NCBI RefSeq assembly: GCF_009914755.1
Contig: NC_060931.1
Length of the DNA: 64,000 bases
Direction: 5' to 3' (one strand)
Source: the human T2T-CHM13v2.0 reference genome, Homo sapiens
The notes beneath the pieces were generated by a model that saw only the letters and a list, made by a program, of their open reading frames with translations, made no database searches and was not told the DNA's origin. The translations under genes were made by a program, and so were the position numbers. Shown piece by piece: positions 36,825 through 50,730 of this stretch. How positions within the stretch are numbered: position 1 is the first letter of the stretch; each line of letters begins with the position of its first letter.

Positions 36825-39800
36825 TTAACATAAAAAAAATCATGTGTAGGGGATAATGTAGAAAATGTGTTTTGTGAATTTCTCACAAATTGTCTAAGGA
36901 GTCAGAATTCACAGGCATGTAAGATAAACCTTAATTACCCCCACTGTAGGTTTCCTTGTCTCCAGGTATTTGCCATCCGCATTAGCAAGCTGAGAGCTCC
37001 TGAGAATGGCTATGTCTTTTGAACTAGTCTGCCCTCTGCATTCTATTTTCACCCTAAGCTGTGAACAGAAATTTCCCCCACAAGTTTTCTTGATTGTAAA
37101 AGAAAGTTCTTTTCTATGGCATTCCTTATAATGTTAATTTCAACTTACCATTTATATAGGGATTTTGCATTGCACTTAAAGAGTAAACCTCCTGTGGGTA
37201 ATACAGGCAGTGAAATAGGTTAGATGTAAGCTGCTCCTCCTGGACTCTAGGGATCTATTTGTCTTTATCCTGCTTAAGGAGAGCCAAGTTCTAGCTGAAG
37301 GCCTGTGCCAACTCACAGGACACTGACGTGGTCTCTTCCACTGCCTGCTTGGAGCTATCCACATGTATCCACACAGGCTGTCTAAAAGCACACAGGCCTG
37401 GCCAGTCTTACTTTGACCTCTTTCCTCCCTGATGCTGTGTCCTGGACACGCATATCTATATATTTTTTCTGGTTTATGCCGCGTATTTCTACACAGCACT
37501 TGCAATTCATTCTGAAGAATTATAATTTCTTTCTTCTATAGTAGTACTTACATACTGATCACTTCTCAACCCCTATCAGGGTATCATTGGCAGGTGTTGC
37601 AAACTATTCCTGTATTTTGAGTGCCCAAGACAATTTGAGTTTACCTGAGTTCTTCCATATAGGCCTAGGTTTCACTTGTCATTGTCTAGTTTTGTTATTT
37701 AAAGGCCAAGGTTTTCAAGATCACAACAGTACAGAATAAAATTCAGGAATTTTTTAAAATGTACATCAACCGACCTACTCTGTGTTTATCTATTGTCCTG
37801 GTGTCTCCCTTGCTCTTTGGGCTTCTCTTTGCTGCCTCCAGATCACTTTCTTTCCTCCTTTTTTGAAGCCCAGCTCCTTACATACATGACGTTAGAACAG
37901 GACCCTTCATTGCTGCACTTGCTTTTTTCCCTTCAGAACTCTCTTCCCATTCAGTCCTGTCTGCTACTAATCCTGTCATCATTCTTAACGACTACTCATC
38001 CCACAGACCATTTTTACATTGGTTTGGCTCCTCACTTTCTTGACTTCCTCACTTTTGAGGATTTTTTTTAACCTACTTTTTTTTTAAGAATTGCTTCCAT
38101 GATTACAGTAAATATCTACTGAATAAATGCATGTCTTCCTCAGCTTGGAGATTTCTGAGGGTTGCAACTTTGTCGAATATTTTATCCATTAATCCTAACT
38201 GTGTATATTAGACAAGGAAGGTATTAAAAATCATGTTTTAAATCAGAAAATCAATAAATAGATTTAAAGAGACAAATGCAAAACAAAACTGTTTAGAGCT
38301 GCTGTTCTGGGCTGAACTACAGATGGACTGTGTAAGAAATAGTAAAATCATCTGGTAATTTCAACTTATCTTTAGAATCTTTGGCCGGAACAGCTCCAGG
38401 GAATCAAGGGATCATAGGTGGAAAGAAAGACAAAGAGGTTAAGGAAGTGAGAACTGGCTAGGGTAGCATTCTCTACCTTAAGGTTTTCAAACATAATATC
38501 AAGGTCCTCAGTTTATTTGTAATTTTTTTGAGGATGAAAGGAAATTATGCACGTGACCCAAGGTATACACAATAAGGAAACTGACACATGACTTTGCTGA
38601 GATGGAATTATATTAAAGTTCTGTGACACTCACAAACTCATCTCATGCTGATTAGAAACTGTGATTGGCAATGCTGTGTGTTACAAAAAAATTAAAAAAT
38701 GATTCCTTTAAAAACATTATTTCTTTAAATCAGCATTTTCCAAAAATGGGGGAAATATTAAATACTATCCAATTTTGGTGGTGCAAGAAATAAAAAAGCT
38801 TAGGGGCTTCCAGTACCCCTGACCCAGCTGACCTTCCTTTCCCAGGTCCATGTCTTTTAATGTGCATTTACTCAGGGAAAGGGAAGTGTGGCTGTGCAGG
38901 AAAAGTGGCAATTTAGAAAACACAGGCTCAAGGGCTTGATGGAGGGTCCCAGAAGAGGGCAGGGCACTGGTGATCAGAGGGGATTAGAGGGCAAGCTGCT
39001 AGGGTAAGCTGTGCATCAGAAGTGGTTCCTTTTGTTTCCTTCAGCAGTAAATTTTTATTATCATTATTACTTTAGCTGTCCTCCATATCTACTTCTTTAG
39101 TATGGCTGGCTACTTCTCTTTCCAACTCTTTATGCACTACCGTGGATCTCACCCTAGGCAGAAACAAATCCCCAAACTCTCACCAGCTGCGCTCATGAAA
39201 CAACCCTTCCTGGCAGGCTGTGATCTCGCCAAGAGCGATCAAGTTGATCAAGCTATAAACTGACTTCATCACTAGTCTAAAGAGGAAACTGTGGCAAGAA
39301 CAGCTGCAGGAGAAACCCTAATTACAATGGGAGGAGAGACATAAGGATTTTAAAGCAGTTTTCAAACTAGTCCTTCTCAAGAACCAAACATATAAGGGAT
39401 CACTGGGAGCTGTCTCTGAAGTGGGTTAAAGAGAAAAGAACAGACAAAGATAAGGTTCTGATGCCTGCTCTCTGTTCCTACAGATCTCTCCAGAAGTCAC
39501 TGTAGACCTGCTACAATTTCCCTCACTTTGCTGTGACACAGCCTTTCTTCGTTGGTTCCTCCTCCCTATGACTTAAACCTCTCTCCCTCCCCTCCCCTAT
39601 CTCCATTCTTCCAGAAAATTCCTCTGCCATTCCCAGAGACTTGCAGAACACTGGGGTTTGAAATACATTAAATAGATTTTTTTTTAATTAATAATGATCT
39701 CTGTTAAGTAACAAAAGTTTCATATGTGAATTGTGCACAAAAAAATTATAGTAAACTTCTGAGATAATGTTAGAAGGCTTATGTAATGATCAGGCTAGCT

Positions 39801-39983
39801 TTGATGAAGGAATTTGGGACTCAGGGTGAGAAGACAAGATAAGTTAGTAGACAATAAAATGAGTTGATTTATTCTGTAGTAGTTGGGAACTTGTTTAAAA
39901 AAATGGAGAAAGAAATTGTTGAAAACCCTAACTCCCTCAAGAGGTCTGGGAATCCTGTAGCTTACATGGAATAGAAACTGAAA

Positions 39984-40085
39984 GGGAATCGCTTGAACCC
40001 AGGAGGCGGAGGTTGCGGTGAGCAGAGAACATGCCATTCCACTCCAGCTTGGGTGACAAGAGCGAAACTACATCTCAAAAAAAAA
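39984..40085 (+). mobile_element. Alu 3' fragment
   Basis: gaatcgcttgaacccaggaggcggaggttgc...polyA. Confidence 0.9.
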
Positions 40086-40727
40086 GCATGATCAAATTTG
40101 AATCATAGCCAAATCTTACAAAAATTTTATGTGAAATATTTAATTTTGCCAAAAAAAAAATTGATGCAATGACCTCTACCCTTGTTCACCTTTTTTTATC
40201 TTCACTATGTCACAGAGAGTTTGGCACATAATAGATGATAAGTAAATTTATTTTGACTCTATTGAGTAAATGACAATAATATTTCACATTCTCTCAATAT
40301 AATAGTTGAATTCTATGTGTACTTTCTTACTTAGCAGAGTTTCACTTCAAAAGGGGCTTCGTCCTCCACATGAAATACAACAGAGAGTCATTATGGCTAG
40401 TCTCAATTTTCCATACAACTTCTGCAATATTCCAAGCAAATGTGTTTCCCCAGTCAGGATTAATGACCAATGTTACACAGTATCCTAACCACATCTAAAG
40501 CTGGAATTTGCAAACATCCTTTTGGAACAAAGAAATTTATGTTATAATAGTATTTATCCAGTCTCATGATCTGGTAAAATAAATTCTTCACCACAACCAC
40601 ATTTTCCCAAAACCACATTTTTTGAGGCTGGAAACATCATCATCTCAGAAAGCACCCTAAAACACTGTAAGAAAAATTCACCGTGCTCGGTAATAGAATC
40701 TTATCATCCTTGCAATAAGAAGATACC

Positions 40728-40797
40728 GTGTGTATGAGTGCGAGTGTGAGAGTGTGCATGTGTTTATATGTGTGAGTGTGTACACGTGTGTGTGTGC
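40728..40797. repeat. Degenerate (TG)n tract
   Basis: gtgtgtatgagtgcgagtgtgagagtgtgcatgtg... Confidence 0.7.
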
Positions 40798-41437
40798 ATT
40801 TTCTCATGGAGACTCATCCACATGAAAATAGTTTCTCTTTGGATTTCATTACTAAGAGGCACTGGGTGATTGGTGGAGCTCATAGGCAGTTCTGGGGAGT
40901 GACAGGAAATGTCAGACCACTCAATCTGCCTAAGTTATAGCTGATAGGGTTGTTTATTTCAAGACTTTCTATAAATTAAGAATTAAATATGAAAAAGCCC
41001 AGAGACCTCCATTATAAAATGCACTATCTAAAATTCTGTAAATAATCCAAGTACAAAATATGAAGAGATATGTGTCTGATCAATCAAAAGGAGACATGGA
41101 ATATCGCGTTTCCAGGCTGGATCTGTTTGATCTCTTCAAGCTGTTTTACTTTATGCCCTGTGTTATTCAGGGTTCTCTCTTTCATCTTATCATATGAATT
41201 GCAATTATGTAACATTTATCAGCAATCAAAATATTGGTTAATGCACCCTTTTGTCTCCACTGGCTAAGGGTGGATTTGAAGATCAACCCTAAATTGGCCT
41301 GCTTGGGAAAGCATTGAGGTTGTGTGTGTGAGAGGGTAGGGTTTGTAGGAGCGGAGATGCGGGAATCCCTGTTCCTGATTTGGACAATCTTGAGCACATC
41401 AGTTCAGAAAGTGTGAATCCATGAGACTCTGGACAGT

Positions 41438-41456
41438 TGGCCACGTGGAGGCACTG
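41438..41456 (+). promoter_or_regulatory. CTCF-like motif, paralog of the TRBV9 upstream site (gene deleted)
   Basis: TGGCCACGTGGAGGCACTG. Confidence 0.6.
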
Positions 41457-41995
41457 TGGCTTCACAATGCAGTGGGGAACCTTGGAGAGCGGTGGGAGGG
41501 TGACCCAGGAGAGGAGGGCTGAAGGGAAGCCTGGTTGTCTGCTGGCATCAGCAGGGCAATCTGAGTTCAGAGTGGATCCTGAGTTAAATACTGCCAGAGA
41601 AGGGTAGGGGTGCCAAAGGCCTCAATTTGCCCCAAGGAAAAAGTGTCTCTGTGTCTGTATGGACAGTGGAGGGTGCTGAGGCTGGGGTGTCAAGGGCTGG
41701 GGAATGCTTCTCAGGACAGGGACAGGGTGGGCAGGCATAGGAAAATAGGGGTTGTTGTGAGCATGTGGGCACTGTGCTGCACCTGCCCCACCTTTCGTTT
41801 AGGGGCCCTGCAGACCAGGAATGGAACATGGAATAGCAGAGCCTGAGGCCTGCCTAAGTATGCAGTGAGCTCACAGTGTCCTGCAGGGCCAGTAACTGGA
41901 AAGGCCAGTTTCCTATGGAAATGCCAGAAATATTCCTGCCCTGACTGAGGTTCAGGATCTGGTGGCAGCCTTTCCCAGGCACTCTCTGCTGCTTC

Positions 41996-42296
41996 TTTTT
42001 TTTTTTTTTTGAGGGCATCTTGCTTTGCTCTGTCACCAAGGCTGGAGTACAGTGGCTTGATCTCAGCTCACTGCAGCCTCTGCCTCCTGGGTTCAAATGA
42101 TTCTCCTGTCTCGGCCTCCTAAGTAGCTGGGATTACAGGCACCCACCACAACGCCTGGCTAATTTTTTGTATTTTTAATAAAGATGGGGTTTCGCCATGT
42201 TGGCCAGGCTGGTCTCAAACTCTTGACTTCAAACAATCTGCCTGCCTCGGCCTCCCAAAGTGCTGGGATTACAAGTGTGAGCCACTGTGCCCGGCC
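41996..42296 (-). mobile_element. Alu (AluS-like)
   Basis: Full-length antisense Alu; TSD ctctgctgcttctt. Confidence 0.96.
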
Positions 42297-42414
42297 CCTC
42301 TGCTGCTTCTTTATGTGACCTGTTTTAATTCTGACAGAAATCATTCAAAATAAGTATTATCTTACCTGTTTATACATTTGACTGAAGCAGCTTTCCTGGG
42401 TCTCACATACGCTT

Positions 42415-42667
42415 AGATGGAAGAAACCAGACCTGGCATTGGATAGATCAGTAGTAGTGTGACAGTAGTTAACATCAGCCAATTATGCGTTTCAAAATAG
42501 TGAGAAGAGAATAATTCAAATGTTCCTAGTCTAAAGAAAAGATAAATATTTAAGATAATGCCTATCCCAATGACCATGATTTGATTATACAAATGTATCA
42601 ATGATCATATCTACCTAAAAAATATGTACATCTAATATACATCAATAAATAGTGAATTAAAAAAAAG
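42415..42667 (+). mobile_element. L1MA-like 3' end
   Basis: tttcaaaatagtgagaagagaataattcaaatgttcc...aatatgtacatctaatatacatcaataaa + polyA; absent at the copy A site (~13372). Confidence 0.7.
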
Positions 42668-44594
42668 ATAACTGGCTGAAGCCTGTTCCTCCAACACCTC
42701 TATCCACTGTTCCCACTCTGTAGATTTGTCCTCTCACCTGGCCTTCCGTTTCCAGGTCCCCATTAGCAGGAGGGGAAGATTATGCCACATATGTGATCAT
42801 TATAGCCTCTCCACTGACAAGTCCAAGGAGGATATGACTTCCAGGCAAAACATCTTTTCATCTTTCATTGTGACAAAAATCAAGGTTCAGTTTTCTCCAC
42901 TATAGCAGTTCTATGGGTGAGGCCATGTGATTGCTTTTATGGAGGCTGTGTGAGGAGGGAGGTTTCTCAGCTGCACAGCAAGGAAATAAGATGTTGTTTA
43001 AGGAAAGCACAGTCTTCCAGTACCTGATGCAATTTACCATGAGGGAAAAGACACAAATAATTGCTATTCATTAGTTAATTTTATTATTTTTTAATAAGAC
43101 ACAAAGTCATCTAAAATGCAAAGATAGTAGTCTGATAATTAGGTAAAACTAACATAAATGGTTGTGTCTTAAGGGAAAGTAAAAATGTTGCCCCTTACAG
43201 CACTTCCTGGTTGATACTGAGTCTGATATGCAAGAAGGTGTGATGCTCCCAGAAAGCTGTGAATTCAGAGCAATCAGCAATCCCACAAAAGAGCTGATAG
43301 AAGAATGGGCGGTTTTATTAGAAAGAAGAGGAGCCTCTAGTGCCTTCCACGACATCCTCACTGCCCACCTCTGATTTCAGGCTTGCTGTAGTGGACAGTT
43401 GTGTGCAAGTCCCCATTCGCCTCGATCTGGCAGTGCCCTTCCACAGGTGCATGCTGGGAGTCTCTCTGCTTCTTCCCCAGGGCTGTTCCATGATATTATC
43501 TGAGCCCACCTGGCCTGTACTCAAAGACAGCCAGAGCTCCTGATGCCCCTGCTGAGACAGAGGACTAATGCTCCAGCCTGCCCATTCATGCAGAAACTTC
43601 AGACAGCATTCTGTGTGCTCCTGAGAGGCCCTGATGGATTCCATCTCCTATTGCTCCAACACAAACTCTTTTGTTGTTTGTGCACTTTTATCCTGGCTTC
43701 TTCCTTCCCTATTTTATGTTTCGTTCCTACTTCTTCTTCCTGGAATCATTTCCCGAATAAGCTACATGCACCTAAGTCCCCATCACAGACTTTCTCTTCA
43801 GGGATAGCCTATACTGTGGCAGTGATGGGATGAAGCCACCATCCAAAGACCCTTCCCTTTGAAGGAGACCTTTGTTTTTCTTTTACTTATACCGCTACCC
43901 ATTCGTTTAAAAAGTCTTATGATGACATATATAAACTAATCTCTTCCAGATTCATTTGGAATTATTCCTGAATTCTCAGCAGCCTCAGGATGGCTCTCTG
44001 TTCCCTTAAAGCTCTGAACCCAATTTGAACTGAATAGACTTGGGTTCTCTTTACAGAAGCAGAGTTTGCCTGGACCCAGGTAATCATTCATTCCATTTTT
44101 CTTCCATTCAACAAATCTTTAATGAGCTATAGGTGCAGAGTAGATTCAAGTTTTGTGGGGCACAAAGCTGATACAATTTTAAGGAGCTCCTTGCAAAGAA
44201 GAATGCAAAATGACAAAGTGTTGGAAAGGTCCTGTGTGAGTGAGAAGGCCCGAGGTTATTCTTCATTGATTTCATGGCAACTACATAGGTACTGTCCAGG
44301 TACTTGGGAAACACCAGTGGAGAAACCAGACAGAGCTTCAAGTTGAGGTAGACACTTCCAAAAAATTGTTATAACTTATTATACTGAATAATAATTAAAA
44401 AGTAAAAGGATATATTCCCCATAGATGCTTATGTCTCCAGAGAAGTTAGAGTGCTGTTGAAAGTACTGACATTCTGGGTAGCTCACACCTCATTTAGGGA
44501 AGGATCCTTAGAGCTCTGGGATTCTACGTGCCGTATCCCAAAAATGAAAGTCCTGCACTGAAAAGATTTTTTTTTCCCCTGCCCTGGCCCAACC

Positions 44595-45036
44595 ACGAAG
44601 ATTGGCCCCTTTGCTTGGTCTCCCAGGACCAGATGAGTTCTGGGCATAGATGGGAAAGTCCTTCCTTGGCTTACCAGGCCCCAGCCACGGCCTCCCATGG
44701 GGATGCTCATGGGCCTCCTCCCTGTCTCCACTTCTGATTCTGTGTCCTCTCTCACTGGAGCATGATTGTGGGAATTACCCATCCAGGTTGCATCAAGATA
44801 TGCAATAGATAATCTATTGTATCTGAAATAACAATAGCAGTGCTATTGACTGGATGTAAGTTTGGTGCCAAAGCACGTTTACACCTCCTCCAATCTTCTC
44901 CCATTTAGTGAATACAAGATCTTCTGAATGGAAATAGAACATTTCCCTGTGACCCTAGAGACTCCAGATAGTTGTAGTTCTGGGTGAACATTTCATCCAC
45001 ATTCTTAATGAGCCTCCTCTTTTCTTCATAGGAAGT
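44595..45036 (+). pseudogene. Unnamed TRBV relic R1b (paralog of R1a)
   Basis: ACG in place of ATG (44595), shortened leader, ATGAGT donor (44633); ccctgtgaccctagagact; RSS remnant cacattc-23-ataggaagt (44998-45036). Confidence 0.68.
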
Positions 45037-45645
45037 ACAGTCACTTATGGGACTTAGGTGGTGAGTGTTTGTGGCTTCACCTGAAGCAAAGGGAAAAATC
45101 ATCCTCATGAGAACACACCGCAGCCTGAGCTTGGATGGTGAGGCTCCCATCAGGCGCAATGAGGTGCTACAGTGTGAAACAAGACTTCAAATGTTAAAGA
45201 CCTTGAATCCACAACTTTGAAACCTTTCTGGATGTCAGTTGACTCTTTTAACCAAGGGTATCTCTGTAGGCTGAAATACAAATATCCAGAGGTTAAACAA
45301 AGTGGAAAATAATTCAACTTGGAGTTGAATTTTGTACAGAGAAGTCATAAAAGTCACCAGGACTGCTATGACAATGCTCTTTAGACTACAGAAATATTCA
45401 TAAATGTTAAAACAGCATTCAAATGAAGAATTTAGCATAATGGGAGTAAAATACGCATAGAAGAACAAATTCCCCTATTAAAATCAGGGAATGAGATTAC
45501 ACATTTTAAGATTTCTTTCAAAACAGATCTACAAATTTTTCCCAATCTAAGCTTCTCAAGTATGTCTATAATAAATGATTTGTTCCTGTGGGGAAGAGAA
45601 CAGATGTGGCAGGTTAGCTCTGAGGTTCAAGCATTTAGCAGGGAC

Positions 45646-45655
45646 AGTGACATCA
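45646..45655 (+). promoter_or_regulatory. Vbeta promoter decamer of TRBV10-2
   Basis: AGTGACATCA. Confidence 0.8.
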
Positions 45656-45730
45656 TCAAGTCACTGAGAGCTCAACTTCAATTTGCCCACAGCAGGGCTG
45701 GGAGACACAAGATCCTGCCCTGGAGCTGAA

Positions 45731-46180
45731 ATGGGCACCAGGCTCTTCTTCTATGTGGCCCTTTGTCTGCTGTGGGCAGGTGAGGGCTGGTCACAGGAGG
45801 GCCTCCTTCCCTGGAATTCCCAAGGACTCAATGCAAGCTTTTCTGTTGGGATGACAGCATCAGTGTCTGTTGTTCTCTATTACAGGACACAGGGATGCTG
45901 GAATCACCCAGAGCCCAAGATACAAGATCACAGAGACAGGAAGGCAGGTGACCTTGATGTGTCACCAGACTTGGAGCCACAGCTATATGTTCTGGTATCG
46001 ACAAGACCTGGGACATGGGCTGAGGCTGATCTATTACTCAGCAGCTGCTGATATTACAGATAAAGGAGAAGTCCCCGATGGCTACGTTGTCTCCAGATCC
46101 AAGACAGAGAATTTCCCCCTCACTCTGGAGTCAGCTACCCGCTCCCAGACATCTGTGTATTTCTGCGCCAGCAGTGAGTC
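45731..46180 (+). CDS. TRBV10-2: T cell receptor beta variable 10-2 (leader 45731-45779, V exon 45886-46180)
   Basis: [16 protein letters not shown] leader, GT 45780, AG 45884-45885. [35 protein letters not shown]...YFCASSE is open. Confidence 0.96.
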
Positions 46181-46219
46181 CACAGTGCTGCACAGCTGCC
46201 TCCTCTCTGCACGGAAACG
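46181..46219 (+). other. 23-RSS of TRBV10-2
   Basis: cacagtg + 23 nt + acggaaacg. Confidence 0.9.
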
Positions 46220-46705
46220 GCAGTTAGAAAAACTGAGGTTGCCTGTGCACCCAAGTCTGGGCCCCACCCTGGGACGTCTCAGCCCCCATAGGAGTCACAG
46301 AGTCCTGCCCAGGTTGGGGGGGTGTCTTAGAGCAGGGGCCATATGACCCTCAGTGCTGTGGCTCTATTCCTACCCCTGTCTCAGACCATCTGGAGTTTGC
46401 CCCAACACACTAACCTTGCTGGGTCTTTCTTCTGCAGCTCTCTTTTTCTGCTTGCAGAATGGAAGAAATATTTTGTTGATATTCCTAATTCCCTTCATAA
46501 TTTCAAAGCCAACATATTCTTCTCTCCCTTATGGGATCAGTGACTTCTTCGTGTAAACCTTACCGTATCCTCTACTACCCTTCAACTCACAGACACAAAT
46601 CTTCCCCCATGTGGTCTCTGCTCCTGGCTGCCTTTCTTCTAAGGGCAATAGCCCTACAAGGTCATCTATCATTTGCCCTTCACCTGCTTCTCCATCATCA
46701 TTTTG

Positions 46706-47005
46706 TTTTTTTTTTTTTTTTTTTTGAGACGGAGTCTTGCTCTGTTGCCCAGGCTGGAGTGCAGTGGCGCGATCTCGGCTCACTGCAAGCCCGCCTCCCG
46801 GGTTCGCGCCATTCTCCTGCCTCAGCCTCCCAAGTAGCTGGGACTACAGGAGCCTGCCACGGCGCCCGGCTAATTTTTTGTATTTTTAGTAGAGATGGGG
46901 TTTCACGGTGTTAGCCAGGATGGTCTCGATTTCCTGACCTCGTTATTCACCCGCCTTGGCCTCCCAAAGTGCTGGGATTACAGGCGTGAGCCACTGCGCC
47001 CAGCC
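46706..47005 (-). mobile_element. Alu (AluY-like)
   Basis: CpG-rich full-length Alu; perfect 15-bp TSD tccatcatcattttg; empty site in copy A ~21566. Confidence 0.97.
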
Positions 47006-47347
47006 TCCATCATCATTTTGCATTAAGTTTCCCCTGGCTTTCTGCTTTAGCCACACTCCCCTACATTCAGTTACAGCTTCGCAGGTGTAGTGTTGTTTTC
47101 CACCCTGGGGATTGTTTATGAATAATAGATTATTTCTACTTCACTGAGCATATGTGCCTCCAACTTATTCCCAGGCCTCCACTTCATTCCTTACATAAAA
47201 GTCTATTTCAGGTACATTTACTCTTAACTGTAAAAAGCAAGACAAATTTTATGAGAGAAAAATTAAGAAATATATTTTTAGCACTCATTTGAGGAATTAG
47301 TTTTTTAGATGACACATAAGAAAACCACTAGCCATAAAAATATTTGA

Positions 47348-47642
<295 letters not shown>

Positions 47643-49181
47643 TTTGTAACTCCAGTTGCATTAAACTAAACTTTTGTACACCAAAACATAGCATAAGAAA
47701 TGAAATGTTAAGCCACAGCACAGGAAAAAAATGAGGAATGCATGCAGATGATGAAAAATCAGTGTGACAGAGAAGAGTCAGGCTCACCCATGGCTCCTCT
47801 ATGCTTCCTGGCCTCATTTGCACTTGGAGGGCTGGGAGCATGTCACCAGGTTCTGAATAGTGGGAGGTGAGTAAAAATAATGTTAGCCCAATTTCAAGTC
47901 TGGCCCTTAAAAATATCCTGTAGGTCCATGCTGAGGGTCCCTAAGCGTACTCCCGTGTTTAGAGATGTGGTATATGGCATAGAGTTGTACTCACAGCTAA
48001 GATTTTCTAACATGTCTTAGTAAGTTGTCAGCAGCAGATCATATGGAGAAAACACAGGTGGAATCTGAAGGAATCCAAACTCAGGCCTCCTTATGCTGTC
48101 TTCCTCCCGGGGAGGTCACACAGGGTTCTCGCTTCACTCCGTAGCAAAAATGCATTAACACATGTGCAGTGTTTCTACCAAGTGAGTCCAACAGAGACTC
48201 AGCACTCATGAGGTTTCAGAGGAGGCTGGTCACAAGCACATACTGCCTAGCATTAACCAAAAATTCAGACTCCAGAAGGAAATCTGGTGTTCAGTACAAT
48301 ACTGTTTGCAACACCAGTTTAGGCACAACGAGCCGCTCCTCTCAGTTAGGAGAAACTTTGCCAGTGCAGGGCATCACTCATCAGCCAAGTGGCCAAAGAT
48401 CAGCCAAAGTTCAATCTTGCAAGCAGGCAGTCTCAAGCCTGCTGTCAACTCTTTTCTGCACAGACACTCTTCAACTCTCTTTTGCCATGTGTGGATGAAT
48501 TTGGGAGGTCATGGCACAGATTATAAACTGGAAGCAGCTTGGCTCCCTGGGTCATAATTTGGTGGACAGCCATGGAAAAAAAGCTGCTCATGCCCCACTG
48601 GGTTTTGTGGTCATGAGAGGTAAGACTTGATAGAGTTCAGCCACTGAGATTTTAGGATTTGTTTTATTTATTTTTTTTTCTGTAGCATAGGTGTCCTTTT
48701 CTAATAAACTTAGTACATAAATGAGTAAAACATTCTTATTAATAAGACGACAGCCCAATAAAAATGGCAATACTGAAGCTAAATAGGCAATTCACACAAG
48801 TGAACATAAGTTACCACTAAACATGAGAATAACTTTTCAACCTTACTTATAATCAGAATATAGCAACCTGAAATAATAAGTTATGATTCAAAAATTACTA
48901 GATAGGAAACTTTTCAAAGGAGTGACAGTCCTAAATCTGAATAGACATTTGAACTAATGAAAACCGTTTATATATCCACTAGAAGAGATAATGACAACCA
49001 CATCAGAAAACCCACTGTGGGATATATTGTGACTAATAGCATTTCTTGAGAAATTATGAGTGTATATAAATCATTTGGGTTCCTTTTCTTGTCTTTAGGT
49101 TCAATCGTAGAAAATTCAACTTTAAGTATTTATTTTTCCTATTGTAAAGGTAGTTTTTTAAAACAATCTTTTAAAAAAGTG

Positions 49182-49336
49182 GGCTGGGCATGGTGGCTCA
49201 CACTTGTAATCCCAGCTACTCAGGAGGCTAAGGCAGGAGAATCGCTTGAACCCAGAGGCACAGGCTGCAATGAACCAAGATTATGTCACTGCACTCCAGC
49301 CTGGGCGACAGAGTGAGACTCCATTTCAAAAAAAAA
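49182..49336 (+). mobile_element. Alu monomer (right-arm-like)
   Basis: ggctgggcatggtggctcacacttgtaatcccagctactcaggagg...polyA. Confidence 0.88.
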
Positions 49337-50371
49337 GGGTGGGTGGCAGGGGGAAATATGTGTAACATATAATTTTGTCACTTTATTTTTAAATTGTACA
49401 ATTCAGCAGCATTAAGTACATTCACTATGTTGGGAAACTGTCACCATTATCTGTTTCCAATTTTCTTTTCATTGCCTCAAACAGAAACTCAATACCCACT
49501 AAAGAATAACTCCACATACCCCCTCTTTCTGCTAACCTCTAATCTAATTTCTTTCTGAATGAATTTGCCTATTGCAGATTATTTATGTGAAACCATGCAC
49601 TATTTTTCCTTTTGTGTCTTGTATCTTTCACTTAGCTTAATGCTTTCAAGGTGCATTCATATTGTAGCATTTATCAAAACTTCATTCCTTTTCATTTCTC
49701 AATAATATTTTGTTGTATGCATATACCACATTTGTTTATCCATTCATTAATTGATTAACATTTGGGTTGTTTCTACCTTGTAGATATTGGGAATAATGGT
49801 GCAATGAATATTGGCCTGAAAATATCTGTTTGATGCCCTGTTTTCAATTCTTTTGGGTATATACCCAGGAGTGAAACTTCTGGGTCCTTTGGTAATTCTA
49901 TGTTTCTCCTTTTAAGTAACTACCAAAATGGTTTTTTTTTGGTTGCAGCTGCACAATTTTAGATTCCTACCAGCAATGTCATTTCTTCACAGAATTGCCA
50001 GCATTTATTTCTTGTTTTTCTTTTCAAAAATATTATGATGATGATGATTACTATTTTGTATAGCCATCCTAGTCAGTGTGAATGATATCTCATTGTGGTT
50101 GTGATTTGCATTTCTCTAATGACTAAAAATGTTAAGTGCCTTTTCTTATGCCTATGATCAATTTGCACACCTTCTTTGGAGGTAATGTTTTTTGTCTGAT
50201 TGGCTTTTTTGGGGTGTCTCTTGACTTTAGAATTATGTTGGTGTACTGCGACAATGCTAAAAGAAATTGAGTTTGAACTTCATTTGGGAGGTTTGTGGTT
50301 GGTAGTGTTTTTAGTGCGGTACTTCTTAAACATTTTTAATATACCATAGAAGAGAGAAAATGATTACATTT

Positions 50372-50730
50372 TGATATGATTTGGCTGTGTCCCAACCCAA
50401 ATCTCATCTTGAATTGTATCTCTCACAATTCCCACGTGTTGTGGGAGGAACCCTGTGGGGAGGTGATTGAATTATGGGGGCCGGGTCTTTCCTGCTGTCT
50501 CGTGATACTAAATGAGTCTCTTTTAGATCTGATGGTTTTAAAATGGGATTTTCCCTGCACAAGCTCTCTCTTTTATGTTGCCATCCAAGTAAGACATGAC
50601 TTGCCCCTCCTTGCCTTCTGCCATGATTGTGAGGCCTCCCCAGCCATGTGGAACTGTAAGTCCATTAAGCCTCTTTTTCTTCTCAGTCTCTGGTATGTCT
50701 TTATCAGCAGCATGAAAATGAACTAATACA
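50372..50730 (+). mobile_element. THE1 (MaLR) solo LTR
   Basis: tgatatgatttggctgtgtccc...cagcagcatgaaaatgaactaataca. Confidence 0.92.
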
